64,000 nucleotides of DNA. Origin: Epiperipatus broadwayi. Its lineage: Eukaryota > Animalia > Onychophora. The stretch lies in contig JAQFVV010000002.1 of the NCBI GenBank assembly GCA_028023455.1, positions 26,598,001 through 26,662,000 of the forward strand, written 5' to 3'. Positions 26,430 through 39,256 of this stretch are shown one piece after another (position 1 is the stretch's first letter; every line of letters begins with the position of its first letter). A program made the translations under genes and the position numbers. The notes under the pieces are model-generated. The model made no database searches and was not told the DNA's origin. It saw only the letters and a program-made list of their open reading frames with translations.

Positions 26430-26895
26430 ATAGGACATATGATTAGAAGAGAGAAACAGATGTGTTTAAGGTAACAGACCATGTATGTGCCAATGAACAT
26501 ATGTTTAATTGGGAGAGCACAAAAATATTAGAGAAGAAAAGGTACAAAGAAGAACATTTAAAGAAGCTGCTCACATGACAATGGCAAAAATATCCCATAA
26601 GCCAACCTAGTGTTATTAATGTATGGAAACCACTAATCAACTTTGCTTTTAGGAAAAAGTGCAGAAATTAGGAGGAATCTCATAGATAAGTATATGAAAT
26701 TTGTACTGGCTGTTGCCTTTGACAGGATGGTTCAGTTGGTTAGAGCGTTACCTTAAAATTCAATACTGAAGAATCTAAGAGTCCAGTTTTGAATCCCATG
26801 CTAGTACTACCACTGGTCAGACCAGCAACACCCGAAGAAGAGGGGAGAATAATATATCTCGAAACCTTGTGCACGAAACGTTGTGCACACATTTT
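26430..26895 (+). mobile_element. Penelope-like 3' end: GIY-YIG C-terminus, tRNA-like boxes, degenerate HHR-like motif
   Basis: DHVCANEHMFNWESTKILEK..KRRTFKEAAHM resembles the PLE endonuclease tail. TGGTTCAGTTGGTTAGAGCG...GTTTTGAATCCC at about 26730-26790. CCGAAGA-AGAG...CTC-GAAAC at about 26832-26866. Confidence 0.6.
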
Positions 26896-27599
26896 GATGT
26901 GCTATTACTAATAGTTGAATGTATTTGGAATATTTAAATAAAGTTACATTTTTCTAAAGACATTCAATACTCATATTAGATGATAGAAATTGTCAGTATA
27001 AAAATACAACACAGGACATATATTTAATCCTTTTTCTGTTCGTATTTGATTTTGCCAAAAAAATCATTTTAAAAAATGCTTTTTTTCAGCATCTATAGCA
27101 TTTCACTAAAATATATATGCAAGAGAAAATAAGTGTTTTATAAAAATTTGTATGCATATTATTAAAAATAATATATATATATATATTTAGAAATATTAGA
27201 AATGTATAATAACGGTTTTAAAATCTAAAGTGTTAAAGGTTACTAATTTCAACAGAATGTAAATAACTTTCGTTACTGTTTGAATATATAATGTGTGGGA
27301 TTATAATCATATCACAAAACATTCTAGTTCTAATAAGTTACTTAAAAATATTTGCCGGCAGACTCGTAATGAATCATTCTACAACTTTATCATAAAAAAA
27401 AAAAATATGAATTACTGTTCTATAATATTCTTTCACAACATCTTATCTACTTCACAAATGCAAGTTTTTTAAAATTACAAAACGCTCTGTTTTTGAACCA
27501 TAAACATAATTAAGTTTTTTTTTTTGAAAAAAAAATGATACAAATATATTTACAAACATTTAGCACCTATAATATTATTGGGTGAAATTAAATATCTCT

Positions 27600-28000
27600 G
27601 GCAGGATAACATGGGATCTGGCATTGGCACTGTGGGATACTGTAGGAAGAGAGGTTTAATGAAGTGATATGTTTTTCTAAAAATAAATTCAAAAATAAGT
27701 AATGATTTTGTAATGAAATTATTAATAGTTGATTATAATATATATATATTATGAGTGGGAAAAATAGACTAAGATGTAAAATTAGAAAGCTATTTGTAGC
27801 TGCTAGATTGTAAGTTTGACATCTTTGATAGATTTTCAGTCTTTTTTTATCCATGTTCTCAGATGTAATCTGTTATGTTTAATCCAAATTCCTGACAACC
27901 ATAAAGTTGTGTTCACTTGCAGTAGCAGTTGAGCACCACATGCATTAATGTTAATAAGTAACGTAAGTTAAGCATTTTTATTTTGATAACCATTAAATAA
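27600..28000 (-). pseudogene. RTE-type AP-endonuclease relic
   Basis: EFGL...EHG and RLKIYQRCQTYNLAATNSF resemble the RTE APE segment G.FGL..N.NG.RL..FC...L...NT.F. Confidence 0.4.
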
Positions 28001-29682
28001 CCTCCATTACAGTAAGCATTAAAAGGATACATATAATAATTAGTTATTAGTTTTACTTCAACACAGTAGCTATATATATATAGCCCACATGAAAATCACA
28101 CAAGGGTAATTTGCATATGAGCTCCACATTTTGACATCACTTGATCAAATACTTTTTTTTATTATAGCCCACTAAAATCAGGACGATACAGAGACTATCA
28201 TATTTAAATTAACCTTATTAATTGCAATAAATGATAATTGTCAAATATAATGAGAGATTACAATTTATTTATATACATCATTACAATGCAAACATTAACG
28301 TAAATGACAGCAATCCATGGTAAATATTAGTCTATTAGTTCTTTTATCCATGATTGAATTTAGAATAATTACACATTACTGTATTTTACTTCTGCCCATT
28401 TATTAATACAGTTGGAGATTCATTTATTTTATTATTATTACACACAGATAACATCCAGCACAATACCTTTTAATTGTTTAATGAAATAGTGTTTCAATTT
28501 GTATCAAAGCTGTTGCTACCTTGGATAGTCTAAACCATCAGTTTTGATATTTTTTTTGGTTAACCAGCAAATCTTTTTGTTATTGATTACTAATCTTCTT
28601 TCTAATAGGAATAATAAATGTGTTAATGTTTACATCTGCTAATTAACACCGATTGCATGATAATTTTTCAACTATTGTGCAATGATTATAATTTTATATT
28701 TTATTATTAAAAATAAATTAACTTATTCTTCGTTGTTTTTTTTATTTATTCACTTATTTTGCTTCTTATAATTGATATTGCAGCTTTGGTATTTAGAATA
28801 CTAATTAGACTTTATGTTATAAAAAACAAATTACACACAATTTGATAAAAATCATTTAATAAATGTTTGACTGATAGTGATTTTTATCAACTTAAAATAT
28901 TAAAAGATTATTGTTTATCTTTCACCCCTCCCCCCAAATATCATGTTGAATTAATCTTTGCTGTCATTTAAAAACATTTAAAGTGTGAACTTAATGGAAG
29001 ATATGAGATGATAAAAACATTGAGAAAATAACTTTCACTATTATGTTAAAAAATATTACTGTTGTTTACATTGTTCTTCAAGCAAGGAAGAATAAACTTT
29101 ATTTTTTTTAACACCATTTTTTTTAAAAATCTTTGATCAAATATAGTTTTTTAAAAATCTTTCGTGTATGTATGTGTATTGCACATATAACTGCATAATT
29201 CTATAATGGTGACTGATTCTTTCTATAAGCTGTCTACAGCGCCATCTCTGAATCACTGAATATGTTACGTAGCAAAAAAATTTATATCTAGCATGACTGG
29301 ATCTTGAGCTATGACATAAAATGTGAGATTGTGTTTAATTCATTTGTAGAAAACCTGGAATTACTGCTAACATTAGATTTTTGTTTTAAAATGTGCAAAC
29401 TCAAAGTAACACTATGAGTGACAATAATATTTTTAGTGGTTTGCAAGATTTCATGCATGATGACAGGGAAAGTATTAAGTTGATCTATGAAGATACAAAA
29501 ACACTATCACATTCCATGCCATAATTCATGGTTCATACAAACTATCAACACCTAACTTATTGATTTGAAGATGGTATTGCAGACACCTTGAAGACAGGAC
29601 CAGTTATCTTTTCACTGTGACACATTGGATATTGTTATTTCCTCCCAAATATTTATATTTTAATACTATATATATGATAGAT

Positions 29683-29937
29683 CAGGGTTCCCCAACCTTT
29701 TTGCACTTAAGAGCACATTATATAATACTGGCAGGTGGTGGGCACCATTTATTTTTTCAATGTAAATTTATAGTTGGATATTGTTAATAATACACATAAT
29801 GTACAAAAAGATATTTAAAAATTAAATTATATTTGTATCAGATAAATAATTTTTTATCGTGTTCGGATAGTGGCGGGCACACGTAAAATGGTCTGCGGCA
29901 CCATGATGCTCACGGGCATAGGGTTGGGGATCTCCTG
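29683..29937. mobile_element. hAT (Charlie-type) MITE, 255 bp
   Basis: TIRs CAGGGTTCCCCAACC and GGTTGGGGATCTCCTG. Perfect 8-bp TSD TGATAGAT at 29675-29682 and 29938-29945. Confidence 0.9.
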
Positions 29938-30449
29938 TGATAGATAGTCTTTATGAGTATGTGCCGAAGTTAAAACTATTACTTATTTATAGAACAGATT
30001 AGTACTTTTAAATAATTGAGAAATGAGTGTATGATAAGAGTAGCAACAAAGAAATTGTATATATTACTTATAACACTTTTTCCATATATACTTTAATGCA
30101 ACAATTTTTCTTAAAAACTTCTTTATTTTCCTTACAGTTTCGACTGTCCAGCAGTCTTCATCAGAGCTCTATCTTTTTCTCTGCTGTAAGGAAAATAAAG
30201 AAGTTTTTAAGAAAAATTGTTGCATTAAAGTGTATATGGAAAAAGTGTTATAAGTAATATATATGATTATATGAAGATATGCAAAGAAAGTGCAAGAGAA
30301 GAACAAAGAAATTGATGAAATTTGTAACAAAACTGAAATGCAAAGTTAATAAATTACTAAAAATGAAAAAAAAAAGTATTAGTTGGGAAAATAATTCTAA
30401 TTCATTAATTTTTTTGACCTTATATATATAGTATATGCATATATACATT

Positions 30450-30950
30450 TGATTAAGTTATTAATGTTGACAGTGAAAATACATTAAAATAAGAATTGCA
30501 ATGGATAAATTGTGTACTAACAAGAGAACATATTTTTTTGTATACCATTAAAGATTACACGGAGAAAGAAATTATTTAAGTGTTTTGACTATAGTGCAAT
30601 TTTACATGGAGCTGAAAAGTGTACTATTAAAAAAGAGGGAGGAAAAACATTGAAAGAATTTGAGACATGAATTTAAAGGAAAATAAAAAATGTAAATTGG
30701 GTCTATAAGATTAGAGATATGAGAAAAAATGTGTAAAAAATGATTTTTTGAAAAAGTTATAAAATGGAATTGGATTTTGAAGATTAAGAAATGGCAATGT
30801 TATATTAGAGATAACTGTAATTGACAAAAAATAAAGGAGAATATTAAACAAATTAATAAATAATCTTAAAGAAAATGTAGCAAATAAGAATTTGAGAAAA
30901 GTCAAAAAATAAGTTGTTTCAGTGGAATGATTATGGATGGGTTTTTCATT
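30450..30950 (+). pseudogene. Old RTE-clade LINE 3' ORF2 relic
   Basis: FLHGAEKCTIKKEGGKTLKEFET..RKI..VNW matches the RTE LLYG.E.WT....L.AFEM..R...I.W motif. Confidence 0.55.
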
Positions 30951-31241
30951 TGATCATATGATTGATTAAGGTAGTATATTTAGTATCTATGGGAGTACAA
31001 AATCTCTTTATCAGTTAGTATTTATCATATTTCAATCATTTTTTTTACAAACAACATATTCACTCTCATTTGACATTAGATGATTATCTTCTAATTGATA
31101 ATAATTAAATATTCATTTAATAACTAATAATGTATAGCTATCCAAATTGACTATTTGTTGCCTAATAGTGGAGTGCTATTTTTAGTATGACTTATTAATT
31201 AGTACCAATCAATTCTTTATTCTGATTTATGGTAGCTGATA

Positions 31242-31877
31242 ATCATCATCATCATCATCATGAACCATTATCAATCCACTGCAGGACGAAGGTCTCTCCA
31301 AGTTTAATCCATCTTCTCCGATCTTTAGCTTCTCTTCTCCACAACACCCTGTACATTTTCTTATTTCATCCATCCATCTCACATGTGGTCTCTTTCTGGG
31401 GCTTTTACAATCTCTTGGAATCCAGTTTAAAATTTCAATTGTCCATCTATTATCATCTCTTCTAGCAATATGTCCAGCCCAACTCCATTTCAATCTTTTA
31501 ATTTTTTCAATAAGGTCAGTACCTGTTTGTTGTCTTACCCATACATTGCGTTTTCGATCTCTTCTTGTTACTCCCAACATACATCTCTCCATACTCCTTA
31601 GAGTGGTCTGAAGTCTCTGTATTGCTCTTCTATTTAGTGTCCAAGTCTCAGATCCATAAGTAAGAACTGGTAAAACACATTTGTTAAAAACCATCCTTTT
31701 CAAACACATAGGCATATTTCCTTTTAGTATCAAGTTATTTCTACCAAAAGCACTCCAACCAAGTTTAATTCTATGATTAATTTCCTCCATTATGTTTCCA
31801 TCTGTATTAATAATCTGACCAAGGTATTTGTAACTGTTACCTTCTTCTAATTCTTCATAATCAATCTTTATTTTCAT
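31242..31877 (-). mobile_element. 5'-truncated RTE-clade LINE (RT thumb/C-terminus) with (TGA)n tail
   Basis: Open frame with YKYLGQ, VLTYGSETWTL, KWSWAGHIARR and RPHVRWMDEIRK. The 3' end is a (TGA)n microsatellite, seen as (CAT)n on the + strand. Confidence 0.92.
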
Positions 31878-31979
31878 ATAATAGTGGATATTAACGATTG
31901 AAGGTGTTTTTAAATATTTTCAGATTTTATTACTTGCAATGTGAAAAATTTTATAATTTTTTTAATATTATATGAAATA

Positions 31980-33245
31980 CTGTGGAACCCCCACATCTGC
32001 TGTATTTTGTCTCAAACACTTTAACAGAATGTGACGTTTAGTGTATATTAACTTTATATTTTGTTTTATGGTGCTAAGTTTACAAGACAATATGTATTGC
32101 TTACTGTATTGTCCTGTAAGGGTACAATATTTTTCAATGACATATATATGTACATAATGTTATTTATTTATCATACATAGTTTAAATATACAAATTTATA
32201 TTACAAAACAAAATTTTAAAATAACGCAGTTATGAATAATGATTGAGAGAGCACATTTACATATATATTTATACTATGCAGATGTTCATTTATTTACATT
32301 CACTCAAAAAAAAATACTTATTGTATCTTCATTATTTTTTCACTAAAATGGATTTTGAACTACCAAACTATTGATGTTCTGAAGCTGTTGACACATCAGA
32401 ACAACTTCATTTTATTATAACTAAATTCTTGTTCTGGATAATCTCTTTTATATTCAATAAATATATTAAAATTCTCTCAGAAATGTAGTAGCAGGCTCAT
32501 TATAAGCATATATGATCTCTCCACATGATGTTTTTAAATATGTATCACTTGGTTTGAAGTCATTTTTTTCAGATTCTTGAATTAACACTTTATACTAATA
32601 TTAAGCCTTGTCATACAATGCAAAGTCATCTATGAAGCATTTTTTTCAGTTCACAGCTGTTCATAAATTCACTGCCTTTTCAGTTTTTACTAAAAAAAAA
32701 AAATTTTAAATGGTTACAGTTTTAGCCATTTTAGGAGTGCAAGCATCAATGGCATAAATTTATTTGTCTTTTTCATTATTTTTCTAATAAATGGCTCATT
32801 CTTTTTGAATGTATGAATCACATTATAACTTGATTTTTCTTTCGCAGCTAAATTGATAACTTTCATTTTATCACTTAAGGGAAATACTTTAAGAATTCTC
32901 TTAAATTTTGTAAAATTTGTAGCTTTTTAATTAGAAAACATTTTATTAAACAAAATACTATAATATATTTAACACCTAGAAGAATAAAGTGAAGAAAAAA
33001 TGCACAAATTATCAGCTTACAAAATAAACATGGTTACTCAATGAGTTTGCATAATTCTTTAAGATTGCAATATTTGAGAATGTTAGATTTATTGAGGACT
33101 TTCCAAAGCAAAAAAAAAAAAAAAAAAGGCTTCCGACATAACATAAGTGATACAGATTCATAAAATTTACTATATTTATGAATTTTAATGTTTTTATTTT
33201 TTATTTATTTACAGGTTTTTTTGATTATGTATAATTGAATCACTG
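31980..33245 (-). mobile_element. Tigger/pogo transposon relic
   Basis: TA|CTGTGGAACC and GAATCACTG|TA termini. Minus-strand traces EKAVNLW..DDFALYDKAL and GE..A..EPATTFLRE...DYPEQ resemble the CENP-B HTH to DDE junction. Confidence 0.55.
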
Positions 33246-34217
33246 TATATTAATACAATGGAGAAACAAATCTAGGAATTTAAATGTGATTTGACAGTTG
33301 CAACATCAGAGATGACAGCTGACAGATGTAAAACTTCTGAAGTTAAGAAGTAATCAATTTTTTGGAAATGTTTGTTTAAATAATATTTATGCCATGTTAG
33401 GGTCTGAAGAGTTTGTAATTATTAAGATGTATTAGATTACAAGCATAAACAAAAGCAAAGAAATATTTAAACAAAAAAGGAAAGAAGACTAAGTTAAATT
33501 AGTTTTAAGTAAAAAAGTATTTCTTATATTAATAAAACCCAAATGAAATAAGATTTTACTTGGGCTTAAGATAACTTTGAAGGACATTATGATGTAACAT
33601 TAATTGCTTCATATGCCATGCTTATGATGGGGTTAAATTTAGATAAATTTATAAATTGTTTTAGGTTCATATTAATCTTAAGATCATGGCTAACTTGATA
33701 GCTATCCAATATTGGTTGTCAAAGGGTATGTAAATCTTTTGAGCTAGAAATAAAACAAATATGGAAACTACTCAAGCACCACCATCTGGCAATTATAAAA
33801 TTTATAAGTAATGCCTTTTCCCCCATGTTTAAAGAAGCTTTGTTTTGTAATAAGTTATTTATAGCATTTTTCTATCTTATAACATTGCTGTAAATATTAA
33901 ATTTTTTAGTGAGTGATATGTATATCATTCTCTCTGTGATCATTTAAAGTTTCCCCCTCATTTCTGTTTTTAATAATTTATTAATTATTGCTATCAAATA
34001 CACATCTGTAATATGGTGGAGTCTTTGTGCTATAGAGTCAATATCATAATTATAAATTATTACATTACTATTATAATCCCCCCCCCCTCCAATTCTACAA
34101 GGATATTTTTGATATTATATTAAATCTTTTAAAGTTTAAGAAAAAATATATATATGGTAGTACATGTTTTAGAACATTTGATTTTTTTATTTTGCATTTT
34201 ATTTGAATTAGTCTGTG

Positions 34218-34298
34218 TTGGTGGCCACAGTGGCCTTACAAGCAGTTGTCCTGGGTTTGCGGGTTCGCTTCCCAGCCAATGTTTTGACATATGGAAAA
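34218..34298 (+). mobile_element. tRNA-derived SINE, family 1 (partial)
   Basis: TTACAAGCAGTTGTCCTGGGTTTGCGGGTTCGCTTCCCAGCC..TGACATATGGAAAAAA. Confidence 0.75.
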
Positions 34299-34477
34299 AA
34301 TTAATTTAAATGATTTGGGTTTTTTTTTAATTCATCGTAGGAAAAATTATTTCCAAGTTTTACATGTTGTAAGATCAAACTTTATAATAATGGTCATTTA
34401 TGTACACAACATTTTTTTCTTTCGATTTTACAGTTTAATGTTTTTATCTAACTATATTATGTAATTTCTATTTTTAG

Positions 34478-34780
34478 TGTAGAGTTATATTTGCCGGACG
34501 AAGACACCTGGACAGAAGTTAGTCCTCTTCCATCACGGAGGTTAGAATGTGGTTTATCAACTCTTGATGGAAAACTTTATATTATTGGAGGTATGATATG
34601 CACTACAAAAAATGGCTCATTATTTAGATACTTTACCAATAGTGTTGAAAGGTGGGCGATGGACAAAAATACATGGACTAGTATAGCCAGCATGACTAGG
34701 TGTCGAAGTGCTCTTGGAGTTGCTTCTGTCAATCAGTATTTATATGCCATTGGTGGTTATACCGAAAACACATACCACAG
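34478..34780 (+). CDS. Kelch-repeat (KLHL-like) protein, internal exon
   Basis: Acceptor TTTTTAG, donor AG|GTTAGT, phase 2 at both ends. Encodes SVELYLPDEDTW...LYIIGG...SVERW...TW..IASM...R.ALGV....LYAIGG (kelch GG/Y/W signature). Confidence 0.93.
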
Positions 34781-35357
34781 GTTAGTTGTGGAAATTTTCT
34801 ATAAAAAAAAAACTATCTTTTTTTTTTTTTTGGTTGATAATACACTTTTTTTTTTTATTATTATAAGCAAACATTTTCCTTATCGGGATTTATATTGTTA
34901 TTGATTAATTTAAACTCCTTTACTATCCTAGCTTATAAGTAGTTAGTTAATCATTGTCACTTTGAGCACTGTCAGGTCCTTATACCTCAGAATTATTATA
35001 ACTTGGAACTTGTCTATATTCTACTATTAGGTAATCCTATCTGCACTTGGATAAATATGCATAAATTGCTTAAATGACATATCAATCAACATAGAATAAT
35101 AATAAGTGGTACTTACATCTTCACATGAGATTTACATCATCATTATTTCATTATCTACTTCCTTGCATCATTTCCCCCTAAACCCTTGACTGCATTCTAC
35201 GATTCATCACACAACATTTTCATTATGTATTCAAGATTAAATCAGTGATAAGATTGTCTTCTGGTTGTTGCCTACCTTATTATTTACTATTTGCTACTAA
35301 AATATAGTCACAAGGCTGAATTATTAACAGCAATTAATTTAATACCTTTGGGAGCAA

Positions 35358-35667
35358 ATTAATCTCCATATATGTGCTGTTTTAATAAATTGACATGCAC
35401 TCATCCATAAGAAAAGATTTAAAAGAACAAATGAATTACTTGTTCTTCAAGGTTTTCTATATATAAACCAATCTTTTACCATGCATATTTAGAGCTTGAG
35501 TCTAAAAAATTAGGCAATAGATAGACTCAGGCCTGAATATATATGGTAAGTAAAAGGTTGGCTTATATATATAGATAAGCTTGAAGAACAAGTAATTCAC
35601 TTGTTTTTTCAAATCTTTGCTTACGACCACGTCAGTTTATTAAAACAGGGCGTGTGTGGAGATTAAT
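35358..35667. mobile_element. Foldback MITE in the kelch intron
   Basis: Arms of ~130 bp are reverse complements: ATTAATCTCC..TGAATTACTTGTTCTTCAAG versus CTTGAAGAACAAGTAATTCA..GGAGATTAAT. Confidence 0.8.
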
Positions 35668-36278
35668 ACAATAAATAACTGTGCTGTATAAAAATATTTA
35701 TTAATTAATTTACTAAATCTTAATTTCAAGTCAATTCACATGTAAATAATATGCAAATAATTGATGGTACATTCTTTATTCATTATTGCACTGTTTTATA
35801 TCAACTTTTGCCAGAGGCTTATATCTCTTACCTATTTTAAATATAATATAACAGGCTTATTAATTTGTGGCAGAGATTTATATCTCTGATATTTCTAAAT
35901 ATCATCAACTTATTAGTTTCTGACAGAATCTTAGACCTACTGTATTTTTAAATATATCGTATTCAACTTTTTAATAGTTATCTGTACCAAAATTTTCCTA
36001 TCAACTTTATACTCCTATTTTAGAAAGAATTATTGTGTGATATTAAGTTCAATTAATATTGCATTGACAGTATGGTTGCAAAACAAATCACTGATATTTA
36101 TTCTTCTGGTTCTGATATATTTTATATAACCCCGCATGGAATGCTGAATGGATGGTCAAAACATAATTTCAAATAAATGAGTTTCATATGCAGTCAACTT
36201 ATTGTGATACAAAATAAAATAAAGTATATGCAAAAAGTATGTATCACGATAATAATAAAATTTCTAAGGATGAATATT

Positions 36279-36852
36279 AAGCCAATAAACATCACATGAC
36301 CACCACTTCTTATGCTTGTGTACAACTGTTGTTAAAACAGGCAAAACTCACTATACGTATTGCCACACACAGCAAGCTAGAATAATCAATGGATGCCAGA
36401 ACAACAGTTGTACACAAGCATAAGAAGTGGTAGTCATGTGATGTTTATTGGCTTAAAACCAATCCTGCCTAATAGGATAGTGGTGGCTGTGGTTATTAAA
36501 GAACCAAAGACACCAAAATGTACGGGTACTGAACTGGATTCAGACCCATATGGCTATATAAGCTATGGGCTTGGATTGAAAACATTAAGGTGTTTTCAAT
36601 TTAAGACTCATGGTTTTGTAGTTAAGCGGAGATAAAAGGTGGCTGCTGGAGGGTTGCATTAGATCCTAAGATCTAGGTGCAGTACTCTCAGATCCAAGGC
36701 TCCTCATTGACGGAGGGCACAAGCCAGAAACTAGTCTGGGGATATTGGATGAGTAGGCACTAGATGGGGATTTTATACACAAGCCTTCTGGCATCCATTG
36801 ATTACTCTAGCTTGCTGTGTGTGGCAATATGTATAATGAGTTTTGCCTGTTT
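36279..36852 (+). mobile_element. HHR repeat family B: short inverted arm plus full monomer, 14-bp TSD
   Basis: TAAGGATGAATATT at 36265-36278 and 36853-36866. Inverted arm at 36279-36411. The hammerhead at 36701-36742 has a mutated core (TTGACGG). Confidence 0.9.
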
Positions 36853-37635
36853 TAAGGATGAATATTCTATTCAATCGTTAACATAGATCATACAACTTCA
36901 AACTTTTCTCTTCAGTAGGTAGGGTAATAAGGAAATCTTTCACAGCATACTAAATTTTTATGGCACAAAACATTTTACTTTTAAAAACTCTTATTGCACA
37001 TTTCTATTCTTAAATAATTGTAATTCTTCCCCAGTCTTAAGTTCTAACTCATGTCAGCATTAGTTACTAATCATTATTATTCTTTAATTTTAAATAATAT
37101 TATTTTTTGGCATATACTTCTTAATTCATATGGATGCTAGGGTTATTTATCAAAGGATAATGCTGCTGTAGGATTTCTTATAAAAATATGCCTGTATTTA
37201 AATCCATGTAACACTTTGGTTAGAAATAAAAGACGTTACTTCAGTTTATGAGTAAATCCAGGATAAAAATGACAATGTGGGTCACTAGAGTATATACTTT
37301 AGCTTAAAGGCTGTCAGTAGTAATTGATCATCATCTAACAATACCATTGCTAACATATTTCTCTAATCACTACTTGGAAATATTCCTATTCACTTTTTTT
37401 TTATACCATAATGGATCCACAAAAATATTTAAATTGACATATATGTAAATAAGTTAGCCATTAAAAATATGTGTAATTATTTAAATTATAAGAAAATTGC
37501 AAATCAGAAATGTATAATTTATACAGAAGTTTAATACTTTTGATTATTGGGGGGGGGGGGGTGTCATTATTAATTAATGTAATGCAGATGAGAAACAAGT
37601 CATATGATATTGCTGTAATTGTGTATTACAATATG

Positions 37636-38035
37636 ACACCAATCCTGCCTAATAGGATAGTGGTGGCTATGGTTGTTAAAGAGCCAAAGACACCAAAATG
37701 TATGGGTGCTGAACTGAGTTCAGACCCATATGCCTATATAAGCTATTGAGCTTAGATTGAAAATATTTTTGTGTTTTCAATTTGATTCTCATAGTTTTGT
37801 AGTAAAGTAGAGTTAAAAGGTGGCTGCTGGAGGGTTGCATTAGATCCTAAGATCTAGATGCAGTGCTCTTAGATCCAAGGCTCCTCACTGATGAAGGCCA
37901 CAAGCCAGAAACTAGTCTGGGGATATTGGATGAGTAGGCACTAGATGGGGATTTTATGCCCAAGCCTTCTGGCATTCATTGATTACTCTGGTTAGCACAG
38001 GGTGGCAATACTGTATGGAGAGTTTTGCTTTGTTT
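37636..38035 (+). mobile_element. HHR repeat family B, 5'-truncated monomer
   Basis: Colinear with 36458-36852 and 62856-63250. Confidence 0.9.
37882..37923 (+). ncRNA. Minimal type I hammerhead ribozyme (family B), core intact, sense to the kelch pre-mRNA
   Basis: TCCTCA CTGATGA A-GGC-CACAA-GCC-A GAAA CTAG T C TGGGGA: 6-bp helix I, palindromic CUAG loop III, predicted cleavage after 37917. Confidence 0.85.
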
Positions 38036-39021
38036 ACATTATTTATTATAGAATCTTTAAACTGACTTACAAGAATTGTCTTTTTAATTTTTCTCTTTCT
38101 ATGATTTTGTCTTCATATAATTGTCTAATCTTACTTGAAGTTAAATTTAAAGGTATGAGATTTTTTGTGATCAAACAAACCTGAAGTATTAATAGAATGA
38201 TAATTTATACACATATTAATGTTAATTTCCAAATTATGAACAAACAATAAAATAATAATTATTTCGGATGTGAAAATTTCTTTTTTTCCTTATTTTTTAT
38301 ATAGTTATCACTATTTATTTTATGTTTATTGTTTTCCTTAATGTTTTTAGTTTCTAGCAATGTAATTGTTTTTGCTCTAACATAATTAAAACTGAAGTTA
38401 TTGTGAAAATTGTATCTCAGGCCAGTATTTTAAAAAATTCAATATGGTGGTTTAGTCCCAATCAGTTAAAGAGTAAATTGTATACATTAATGAAAAACAA
38501 ATGGATATCCATGCTATTTTTAAATAAAAACCAATTATAGTTCTTCCTAATACAAGTAAATTAATTAAGAATTTTATAAATACTATATCTAAAAAACAAA
38601 AAGGTAAAATTATTTATCAAATTATATGTGAATACAAAAAAATTACATAAATCAGGTTAAAATGTCCTTTAGAAAAAAGATTAAATGCACCAACTATTTT
38701 ATAACCATTGCAATACAGTTTCAGTTTTTTTTTACATCATTAAAAATCTAATTTTAAATAGAACTTTAATTCAGATTATCCATCAATATTGCATGAAGAT
38801 AGTTACCATAGAAAGAGGAAAATAAGTAGACAATGTACACATATCAAAACACACAATTATTGGAAAATTATGTTGCATCTATTTCTCATCCATTTAAGTT
38901 CAGTTGATAATGATTACAACACAAGTAATCAAAAGTACTTCTGTATAAATTTTATGATATTATTAGTTATTTGTACAATTATTATAATTTAAAATAATTA
39001 TTTATGTATAGCCCGTTTTTC

Positions 39022-39256
39022 TAAAACAGGCAAAACTCACTATACATATTGCCACACACAGCAAGCTAGAGTAATCAGTGGATGCCAGAAGGCTTGTGCA
39101 TAAAATCCCCATCTAGTGCATACTCATGCAATATCCCCAGACTAGTTTCTGGCTTGTGGCCTTCATCAGCGAGGAGCCTTGGATCTGAGAGCATAGTGAG
39201 TTTTGCCTGTTTTAATAACAGTTATAAGCAAGCATAAGAAATGATGATCATGTGAT
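39022..39256. mobile_element. HHR repeat family B, two short head-to-head arms
   Basis: Reverse arm 39022-39190 and forward arm 39191-39256. Flanks ATAGCCCGTTTTTCT and ATATCCTGTTTCTTT look like a decayed TSD. Confidence 0.85.
39134..39175 (-). ncRNA. Hammerhead ribozyme (family B), core intact
   Basis: TCCTCG CTGATGA AGGCCACAAGCCA GAAA CTAG TC TGGGGA. Confidence 0.8.

Noticed and set aside
34781-34904. 3' extension of the ORF 34491-34904
   Set aside because: Kelch similarity stops at a canonical donor (34781). The rest is T-rich intron, and the frame resumes at 39754.
36393-36635. Recurrent small ORFs in the repeats (also 37510-37749, 62392-62646, 7833-8072, 10673-10906)
   Set aside because: Starts, stops and frames differ between copies, there is no recognisable domain, and recurrence is explained by the repeat itself.
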